DNA from: Octopus sinensis
Lineage: Eukaryota
Assembly: GCF_006345805.1 (NCBI RefSeq)
Contig: NW_021832381.1
Coordinates: 102,255-166,254, forward strand
Length of the DNA stretch: 64,000 nt
Direction of reading: 5' to 3'
In this document: piece after piece, positions 53,131 through 64,000 of the stretch
Position numbering within the stretch: the stretch's first letter is position 1
Layout: every line of letters starts with the position of its first letter
Notes under the pieces: generated by a model
What the model was told of the DNA's origin: nothing
The model's input: the letters and a program-made list of their open reading frames with translations, nothing else
The model's database searches: none
Translations under genes and position numbers: made by a program

Positions 53131-56100
53131 TAATATATTACGCAATTTATCACATATTCTCAAGTACCCCGATATTTGCATTCTACGGATCTTCTAAAAT
53201 TGCATAATATATTACGCAATTTATTACATAATCTCAATTACCCCCATATCCTGACAATACGGAGTTTCCAAAATTGTATAATATATTACGCAATTTATCA
53301 CATATTCTCAAGTACCCCGATATTTGCATTCTACGGATCTTCTAAAATTGCATAATATATTACGCAATTTATTACATAATCTCAATTACCCCCATATCCT
53401 AACAATACGGAGTTTCCAAAATTAAATAATATATTACGCAATTTTCACATATTCTCAAGTACCCCGATATTTGCGTTCTACGGACCTTCTAAAATTGCAT
53501 AATATATTACGCAATTTATTACATAATCTCAAGTACCCCCATATCCTCACAATACGGAGTTTCCAAAATTGAATAATATATTACGCAATTTATCAGATAT
53601 TCTCAAGAACCCCGATATTTGCATTCTACGTATCTTCTAAAATTGCATAATATATTACGCAATTTATCACATATTCTCAAGTACCCCGATATTTGCGTTC
53701 TACGGACCTTCTACAATTGCATAATATATTACCCAATTTATTACATAATCTCAAGTACCCCCATATCTTCACAATATGGAGTTTCAAAAATTGCATAATA
53801 TATTACGCAATTTATCACATATTCTCAAGTACCCCGATATTTGCATTCTACGGATCTTCTAAAATTGCATAATATATTACGCAATTTATCACATATTCTC
53901 AAGTACCCCGATATTTGCATTCTACGGATCTTCTAAAATTGCATAATATATTACGCAATTTATCACATATTCTCAAGAACCCCGATATTTGCATTCAACG
54001 GATCTACTAAAATTGCATAATATATTACGCAATTTATTACATAATCTCAAGTACCCCCACATCCTCACAATACGGAGTTTCCAAAATTGAATAATATATT
54101 ACGCAATTTATTACATAATCTCAAGTACCCCCATATCCTCACAATACAGAGTTTCCAAAACTGAATAATATATTACGCAATTTATCAAATATCTAAAGTA
54201 CCCCGATATTTGCGTTCTACGGATTTTCCAAAATTAAATAATATATTACGTAATCTATTACATTATCTAAAGTGCCCCAATATCCTCAGAATATGGAGTT
54301 TCCAAAATTGCATAATATATTACGCAATTTATCACATATTCTCAAGTACCCCGATATTTGCATTCTACGGATCTTCTAAAATTGCATCATATATTACGCA
54401 ATTTATTACATAATCTCAAGTACCCCATATCTTCACAATACGGAGTTTCCAAAATTAAATAATATATTACGCAATTTATCACATATTCTCAAGTACCCCG
54501 ATATTTGCGTTCTACGGACCTTCTAAAATTGCATAATATATTACGCAATTTATTACATAATCTCAAGTACCCCCATATCTTCACAATATGGAGTTTCAAA
54601 AATTGCATAATATATTACGCAATTTATTACATAATCTCAAGTACCCCCACATCCTCACAATACGGAGTTTCCAAAATTGAATAATATATTACGTAATCTA
54701 TTACATAATTTAAAGTACCCCCATATCCTCACAATACAGAGTTTCCAAAATTGAATAATATATTACGCAATTTATCACATATTCTCAAGAACCCCGATAT
54801 TTGCGTTCTACGGAACTTCTAAAATTGCGCAATTTATTACATAATCTCAAGTGCCCCCATATCTTCACAATACGGATTTTCCAAAATTGAATAATATATT
54901 ACGTAATCTATTACATTATCTAAAGTGCCCCCATATCTTCACAATATGGAGTTTCAAAAATTGTATAATATATTACGCAATTTATCACATATTCTCAAGA
55001 ACCCCGATATTTGCATTCTACGGATCTACTAAAATTGCATAATATATTACGCAATTTATTACATAATCTCAAGTACCCCCACATCCTCACAATACGGGTT
55101 TCCAAATTGATAATATATTACGCAATTTATCACATATTCTCAAGTACCCCGATATTGCGTTCTACGGACTTCTAAAATTGCGCAATTTATACATAATCTA
55201 AGTGCCCCCATATCCTCACAATACGAAGTTTCCAAAATTAAATAATATATTACGCAATTTATCACATATTCTCAAATACCCCCATATCCTAACAATACGG
55301 AGTTTCCAAAATTAAATAATATATTACGCAATTTTCACATATTCTCAAGTACCCCGATATTTGCGTTCTACGGACCTTCTAAAATTGCATAATATATTAC
55401 GCAATTTATTACATAATCTCAAGTACCCCATATCCTCACAATACGGAGTTTCCAAAATTGAATAATATATTACGCAATTTATCAGATATTCTCAAGAACC
55501 CCGATATTTGCATTCTACGTATCTTCTAAAATTGCATAATATATTACGCAATTTATCACATATTCTCAAGTACCCCGATATTTGCGTTCTACGGACCTTC
55601 TACAATTGCATAATATATTACCCAATTTATTACATAATCTCAAGTACCCCCATATCTTCACAATATGGAGTTTCAAAAATTGCATAATATATTACGCAAT
55701 TTATCACATATTCTCAAGTACCCCGATATTTGCATCTACGGATCTTCTAAAATTGCATATATATTACGCAATTTATCATATTCTCAAGTACCCCGATATT
55801 TGATTCTACGGATCTTCTAAAATTGCATAATATATTACGCAATTTATTACATAATCTCAATACCCCCATATCCTCACAATACGGAGTTTCCAAAATTGAA
55901 TAATATATTACGCAATTATCAGATATTCTCAAAACCCCGATATTTGCATTCTACGTATCTTCTAAAATTGCATAATATTTACGCAATTTATCACATATTC
56001 TCAAGTACCCCGATATTTGCGTTCTACGGACCTTCTAAAATTGAATAATATATTACGTAATCTATTACATTATCTAAAGTGCCCCCATATCTTCACAATA

Positions 56101-59100
56101 TGGAGTTTCAAAAATTGTATAATATATTACGCAATTTATCACATATTCTCAAGAACCCCGATATTTGCATTCTACGGATCTACTAAAATTGCATAATATA
56201 TTACGCAATTTATAACATAATCTCAAGTACCCCCACATCCTCACAAAGGAGTTTCCAAAATGGAATAATATATTACGCAATTTATCACATATTCTCAAGT
56301 ACCCGATATTTGCGTTCTACGGACCTTCTAAAATGCGCAATTTATTACATAATCTAAAGTGCCCCCATATCCTCACAATACGAAGTTTCCAAAATTAAAT
56401 AATATTACGCAATTATCACATATTCTCAAATACCCCCAATCCTAAAATACGGAGTTTCCAAAATTAATAATATATTACGCAATTTTCACATATTCTCAAG
56501 TACCCCGATATTTGCGTTCTACGGACCTCTAAAATTGCATAATATATACGCAATTTATTACATAATCTCAAGTACCCCCATATCCTCACAATACGGAGTT
56601 TCCAAAATTGAATAATATATTACGCAATTTATCAGATATTCAAGAACCCCGATTTTGCATTCTACGTATCTTCTAAAATTGCATAATATATACGCAATTT
56701 ATCACATATTCTCAAGTACCCGATATTTGCGTTCTACGGACCTTCTACAATTGCATAATATATACCCAATTTATTACATAATCTCAAGTACCCCCATATC
56801 TTCACAATATGGAGTTTCAAAAAATTGCAAAATATTACGCAATTTATCACATATTCTCAAGTACCCCGATATTTGCATTCTACGGATCTTCTAAAATTGC
56901 ATAATATATTACGCAATTTATCACATATTCTCAAGTACCCCGATATTTGCATTCTACGGATCTTCTAAAATTGCATAATATATTACGCAATTTATTACAT
57001 AATCTCAATTACCCCCATATCCTGACAATACGGAGTTTCCAAAATTGTATAATATATTACGCAATTAATCACATATTCTCAAGAACCCCGATATTTGCAT
57101 TCTACGGATCTACTAAAATTGCATAATATATTACGCAATTTATTACATAATCTCAATTACCCCCACATCCTCACAATACGGAGTTTCCAAAATTGAATAA
57201 TATATACGCAATTTATACATAATCTCAAGTACCCCCATATCTCACAATACAGAGTTTCAAAAACTGAATAATATATTACGCAATTATCAAATATCTAAAG
57301 TACCCCGATATTTGCGTTCTACGGATTTTCCAAAATTAAATAATATATTACGTAATCTATTACATTATCTAAAGTACCCCCATATCCTCAGAATATGGAG
57401 TTTCCAAAATTGCATAATATATTACGTAATCTATTACATAATCTAAAGTACCCCCATATCCTCAGAATATGGAGTTTCCAAAATTGCATTATATATTACG
57501 CAATTTATCACATATTCTCAAGTACCCCGATATTTGCATTCTACGGATCTTCTAAAATTGCATCATATATTACGCAATTTATTATATAATCTCAAGTACC
57601 CCCATATTTTCAGAATATGGAGTTTCCAAAATTGCATAATATATTACGTAATCTATTACATAATCTAAAGTACCCCCATATCCTCAGAATATGGAGTTTC
57701 CAAAATTGCATTATATATTACGCAATTTATCACATATTCTCAAGTACCCCGATATTTGCATTCTACGGATCTTCTAAAATTGCGCAATTTATTACATAAT
57801 CTCAAGTACCCCCAAATCCTCACAATACGGAGTTTCCATAATTGAATGATATATTACGCAATTTATTACATAATCTCAAGTAACCCCATATCCTCACAAT
57901 ACGGAGTTTCCAAAATTGCATAATATATTACGTAATCTATTACATAATCTAAAGTACCCCCATATCCTCAGAATATGGAGTTTCCAAAATTGCATTATAT
58001 ATTACGCAATTTATCACATATTCTCAAGTACCCCGATATTTGCATTCTACGGATCTTCTAAAATTGCGCAATTTATTACATAATCTCAAGTACCCCCAAA
58101 TCCTCACAATACGGAGTTTCCATAATTGAATGATATATTACGCAATTTATTACATAATCTCAAGTACCCCTATCCTCACATACGGATACCCCCTCCTCAC
58201 AATCCTGTTTCCAAAATGAATAAATATTATACGCAATTTATCAGATATTCTCAAGAACCCCGATATTTGCATTCTACGTATCTTCTAAAATTGCAATATA
58301 TTACGCAATTTATCACATATTCTCAAGTACCCCGATATTTGCGTTCTACGGACCTTCTACAATTGCATAATATATCCCCAATTTAACATAATCTCCAAGC
58401 CCCCCATATCTTCACAATATGGAGTTTCAAAAATTGCATAATATATTACGCAATTATCACATTGTCTCAAGTACCCCGATATTGCATTCTACGGATCTTC
58501 TAAAATTGCATAATATATACGCAATTATCACATATTCTCAAGTACCCCGATATTTGCATTCTACGGATCTTCTAAAATTGCATATATTACGCAATTTATT
58601 ACATAATCTCAATTACCCCATATCTGACAATACGGAGTTTCCAAAATTGTATAATAGATTACGCTTAATCACATATTCTCAGAACCCCGATATTTGCATT
58701 CTACGGATTCTACTAAAATTGCATAATATATTACGCAATTTATTACATAATCTCAATTACCCCCACATCTCACAATACGAGTTTCCAAAATTGAATAATA
58801 TATTACGCATTATTACATAATCAAGTACCCCCATATCCTCACATACAGAGTTCCAAAACTGAATAAATATTACGCAATTTATCAAATACTAAAGTACCCG
58901 ATATTTGCGTTCTACGGATTTTCCAAAATTAAATATATATTACGTAATCTATTACATTATCTAAAGTGCCCCAATATCCTCAGAATATGGAGTTTCCAAA
59001 ATTGCATAATATATTACGCAATTTATCACATATTCTCAAGTACCCCGATATTTGCATTCTACCGATCTTCTAAAATTGCGCAATTTATTACATAATCTCA

Positions 59101-61102
59101 AGTACCCCCAAATCCTCACAATACGGAGTTTCCATAATTGAATGATATATTACGCAATTTATTACATAATCTCAAGTAACCCCATATCCTCACAATACGG
59201 AGTTTCCAAAATTGCATAATATATTACGTAATCTATTACATAATCTAAAGTACCCCCATATCCTCAGAATATGGAGTTTCCAAAATTGCATTATATATTA
59301 CGCAATTTATCACATATTCTCAAGTACCCCGATATTTGCATTCTACGGATCTTCTAAAATTGCATCATATATTACGCAATTTATTATATAATCTCAAGTA
59401 CCCCCATATTTTCAGAATATGGAGTTTCCAAAATTGCATAATATATTACGCAATTTATCACATATTCTCAAGTACCCCGATATTGGCATTCTACGGATCT
59501 TCTAAAATTGCATCATATATTACGCAATTTATTACATAATCTCAAGTACCCCCAAATCCTCACAATACGGAGTTTCCATAATTGAATGATATATTACGCA
59601 ATTTATTACATAATCTCAAGTACCCCCATATCCTCACAATACGGAGTTTCCAAAATTGCATAATATATTACGCAATTTATCACATATTCTCAAGTACCCC
59701 GATATTTGCATTCTACGGATCTTCTAAAATTGCGCAATTTATTACATAATCTCAAGTGCACCCATATCTTCACAATACGGATTTTCCAAAATTGAATTAT
59801 ATATTACGTAATCTATTACATTATCTAAAGTGCCCCCCATCTCTCACATATGGAGTTTCAAAAATTGTATAATATATTACGCAATTTATCACATATTCTC
59901 AAGAACCCCGATATTTGCATTCTACGGATCTACTAAAATTGCTTAATATATTACGCAATTTATTACATAATCTCAGTACCCCCATATTTTCAGAATATGG
60001 AGTTTCCAAAATTGCATAATATATTACGCATTTATCACATTTCTCAAGTACCCCGATATTGGCATTCTACGGATCTTCTAAAATTGCATCAAATATTACG
60101 CAATTTATACATAATTTCAAGTACCCCCCACATCCTCACAATACGGAGTTTCCATATTGAATGATATATTACGCAATTTATTACATAATCTCAAGTACCC
60201 CATATCATCACAATACGGAGTTTTCAAAATTGCATAATATATTACGCAATTTATCACATATCTCAAGTACCCCGATATTTTGCTACGGATCTTCTAAAAT
60301 TGCGCAATTTATTACATGATCTCAAGTGCACCCATATCTTCACAATACGGATTTTCCAAAATTGAATTATATATTACGTAATCTATTACATTATCTAAAG
60401 TGCCCCCATATCTTCACAATATGGAGTTTCAAAAATTGTATAATATATTACGCAATTTATCACATATTCTCAAGAACCCCGATATTTGCATTCTACGGAT
60501 CTACTAAAATTGCTTAATATATTACGCAATTTATTACATAATCTCAAGTACCCCCATATTTTCAGAATATGGAGTTTCCAAAATTGCATAATATATTACG
60601 CAATTTATCACATATTCTCAAGTACCCCGATATTGGCATTCTACGGATCTTCTAAAATTGCATCAAATATTACGCAATTTATACATAATTTCAAGTACCC
60701 CCCACATCCTCACAATACGGAGTTTCCATAATTGAATGATATATTACGCAATTTATTACATAATCTCAAGTACCCCCATATCATCACAATACGGAGTTTT
60801 CAAAATTGCATAATATATTACGCAATTTATCACATATTCTCAAGTACCCCGATATTTGCATTCTACGGATCTTCTAAAATTGCGCAATTTATTACATAAT
60901 CTCAAGTGCCCCCATATCTTCACAATACGAATTTTCCAAAATTGAATTATATATTACGTAATCTATTACATTATCTAAAGTGCCCCCATATCTTCACAAT
61001 ATGGAGTTTCAAAAATTGTATAATATATTACGCAATTTATCACATTTTCTCAGAACCCCGATATTTTTGCATTCAACGGATCTACTAAAATTGCATAATA
61101 TA

Positions 61103-62451
61103 TTACGCAATTATTACATAATCCAAAATAGACATAAAAACATCAATTAGCATTTTGTGTGATAAATTAATGATTTCTGGTTCTTTTCTTAGCGTTTTGA
61201 TTACTTCGTTGATTTTTTCTGCCATTTTGGAGACGTTTTCCTCGAATTTGGAAGAAGAAAGTCGATACTGCGATAAATATAATGGCAATTATACTTGATC
61301 ACATTTTTCCTGCTCGTTGCTTAAATGAACCTGCAGCGATTTTATCTTTTCATAAAATGAAACACTTTCTCCGTGTTTTCGATGTAAAGACGATACCAAT
61401 TGCTCTCTCTCCTTTAAAAAACAAGAGAAATATTACGTTTCTTAATGTATCAACCAATTCTTTTGTTTGTTCTAATTTTTTCACATTTATTTGTTCAGAA
61501 TCTGGAATATGTTAAAACTAAAACCTTTGACGAGATGCTCCAACTTTTGTATTTTTTCATCGTCGATTTTGATTATTTGTTTAACACATTCTTTAAGTTT
61601 ATCCAGTAAACTCATTTTCTCGGATACATCCCACTCGTTTCCACTTCTTTCCACAACTTTTGAAGTTAAATATCTGAGAAATTCACACACCTCTTCCTAT
61701 AATATATGAATAAACGTGTTTATAAAGCGAGTTCAAATAAAAATGTACCAACATTGCTAAAATCATTTACGGGTATCTTCAAATCTGTATTCTTTCGAGT
61801 TGCTTGAAACGCAAAAATCGTATGAGCACACTCTACTAGAAAACTTCTTAGTCTGGCAGTATGGGTGGAATTAAGAACTCCATCAAAAACAGAGTTGATA
61901 AGACAATCCAAAAGAGTGTCAATTACGTCATTTGGTTCAACTGGGGATACAGTATTTAAAGCCATTTCAGACATTCCATCATAGAGGCAGGTCATCAGAG
62001 AATCAGATGTATGCGAAGGTGGAAAAAGAGAGATAACTTTTCCTGTTCTAGCATATTCCTCCTCCATTGGAATGATCAATATGGAGAGTAAATTAGCCTG
62101 ACGCGATACTCTCTCTTGTAAAAGTTCGCAGCGATTTCGATATGCTTCTAGTTGTTTATTTAAATCTCTGATTCCGAGTTCATGAGCCGTAATTAGTGAA
62201 CGTAAAGAAAATATTTCTGATGTGTACGTTTTACGTTCTTCGGCCAATTCGAGGGCTTGATATCCAACACATTGCTGTTGACAGCGTAAATGGTTGATTG
62301 TTGAATCAATATATGCCATTGTGTCGATTATACAATTCTTGCAATTTATATTTAATTAATATACTTTTGATTCATCTATTTCAGTTATATTGTGGCTTAA
62401 ATTTAAATCTGTGAATAGTTCTTGGCTACTTGAGGTTTTATTGGTAGACAT
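61103..62451 (-). CDS. Unidentified spliced gene(s), partly coiled-coil
   Basis: ATG at 62451 and a 27-nt intron (62338-62364) join in frame to the 199-aa ORF 61720-62319. Further open segments at 61487-61690 and 61103-61288. Exon joins below 61750 are uncertain, so this may be two genes. Confidence 0.45.
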
Positions 62452-62694
62452 TAGTTGTAACAATGTACGAAAGGTAGCTATTTACGCTGGGAAATCTTCT
62501 CGCACTCAGTTTTCACGAGGGAAAGTGACAACACAGGGTGACATCAGAAAATCCAGAGGCCGTATATGATTAAGGTTTCGCTTGTGCCAGTTTCACAATT
62601 GTTCAAAAGCAAAAGAAAAATAAAGAAAGTTAATTACTCTAATTAATTCTGAATTGGGACGTCTATTAGTTTCACTTGTCTTATAAGTTTTCTT

Positions 62695-62830
62695 TTTATT
62701 GTGGCTGAATGGTTGAGAATCTGTTACTAACTTGTTTGGTCTCGGATTCGACACCCAAAGGCTGCCAGTGCCGAAGCTCCGTTTGGGTTTGACGAGTCGC
62801 CACGTACATCTCATCACAGTCGGATTGGAA
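62695..62830 (+). other. Possible tRNA-derived SINE remnant
   Basis: A-box-like TGGCTGAATGG and B-box-like GATTCGACAC about 35 nt apart. No cloverleaf. Confidence 0.3.
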
Positions 62831-63040
62831 ATATGAATAAATTTCCGGATGGGATTTCAAGAGTATCCTAGCGTTAAAACAGCCGCACTGCGAGAGGAGG
62901 TTGAGGTTTCTTAAAATTGACAAATAAAGCTTAAAAATTTAATTTATAATTATTTGTCAGAATTATTTATACATTCTTTAATAGTTTATAAATTTATTAA
63001 ACATTTTTTTTTAATTTTAATAGATTCATTTGTCATAAAT

Positions 63041-64000
63041 ATGGTTATTTATGGTGCAGATTTCTTTTACTGTCTTGGAATTCTTCTCATTTTAAGCATC
63101 ACTGCTTGTTCTAGTTGGTTGTATTATGTAACCGTAATTGTTATCCCAGCAGGTATATTTTTAAACTAAATTAAAGTAAAATACTACGATTCTTCTATAA
63201 ACAGTATTTTATTGAAATGTGATTTTGCAGTATTTTTTTTAGTAATTTTTCATCTTTTATTTATACTATTCCACTTGAACTACTTCCGTACAATTTTTAG
63301 TAGGTCGCGTGTCCCTCCAGAGGTACCGGTTTGTTTGTCAACTTATAAGTATTTTTTGAACAATCAAGAAATGGACCAATTTTTGAATGGTTGTTTGGAT
63401 ATCAAAAGTTGCATTATAAATAATAAGGGCAAATTGTTAAAAATATTAACCAAGGATTTAAATGAAAGTTTGTTATTTTATTTAATTTAAAGGCTATAAA
63501 TTCTGTCATATTTGTTTCTGCCTTAAACCAGATAGATCTCATCATTGCAGTCTATGCAAACGGTACTTTTAATAATTTATAACTTAAAATTAGATGTGTT
63601 TTGAAAATGGATCATCATTGTCCGTGGTTATTATAGTTCATTATTTCTTTAGGGTCCTTAATTGTGTTGGATACAACAATCATAAATTTTTCATTCTTCT
63701 GTTGTTTTATGGTTCTCTTTCCACATTATTTGTCTTTTCTACAATCTTGCCTTTAATCGTCAGCGGCCGTGATAAATTAAAGGATCATTATTTAAATGTG
63801 CTTTCATGCTTGATAATCTCAATATTTCTATTTTTTGGGCAATTTTTCTTGTTATGTTTTAATTTATTTCTCATTATTCATAATTTCACTTTTTTAGGTT
63901 TTTTAAAGAAATTATTTTTAGAATATGAAAGGAAGCCGAGATTCCCCGAAAATAAGTTCGCAAGAGATGAGTTTTCGTTAGGGAAGTTTACCAATTTTAC
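63041..64000 (+). CDS. DHHC palmitoyl acyltransferase (ZDHHC2/15/20-like), 3' end outside window
   Basis: Spliced translation [51 protein letters not shown]. Introns: 63153-63176, 63204-63230, 63323-63349, 63468-63492, 63563-63593, 63627-63652. Confidence 0.92.

Larger units (their letters stand above)
47586..61123 (+). repeat. Large 74-bp satellite array with two monomer types and higher-order structure
   Basis: Period 74 (TACGCAA at 50281, 50355, 50429). A-type ...CCCCGATATTTGCATTCTACGGATCTTCT..., B-type ...CCCCCATATCCTCACAATACGGAGTTTCC.... 62-bp deletion variants occur. Confidence 0.97.

Noticed and set aside
47667-61088. Many 60-130-aa ORFs in the satellite
   Set aside because: They are translations of the 74-bp monomer, recur with the repeat and have no domain features.
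62480-62600. Hammerhead-like CTGATG...GAAA on the minus strand
   Set aside because: The core reads CTGATGT rather than CTGANGA, and stems I and III could not be formed.

Overview
This is AT-rich eukaryotic, most likely animal, DNA read in the standard genetic code, and it is mostly transposons and satellite. Three recognisable host genes can be rebuilt by hand only by removing very small introns (22-35 nt): an SLC1/EAAT-family transporter (9353-10987), cytosolic aspartate aminotransferase GOT1 (16163-17540) and a DHHC palmitoyltransferase (63041 to the window end). Two unidentified spliced genes are also possible. That intron size has been reported for dicyemid mesozoans, but the taxon cannot be fixed from this window. 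The rest comprises APE-RT LINEs, CRE- and R4/Dong-like RLE retroelement fragments, Helitrons, hAT and pogo/Tigger DNA transposons, a TGT...ACA MITE, a 4.7-kb array of a 24-bp telomere-variant repeat and a 74-bp satellite with a 26-bp dyad symmetry. Four observations stand out. (1) At 1-9.2 kb, four diverged LINE-type elements are stacked head-to-tail at one junction, (TTCA)n|ACGGTATTT(GTAG), and one is an intact gag/ORF1-only element. (2) Three unrelated DNA transposons inserted in the satellite all have a target-site duplication (TSD) ending exactly on the dyad axis. (3) The SLC1 transporter has lost its NMDG motif and other cation-coupling residues. (4) A short TTAGGG-variant tract inside a mobile element is expanded to 4.7 kb in a second copy. 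All translations, alignments and coordinates were done by eye, and boundaries of degraded elements are approximate.
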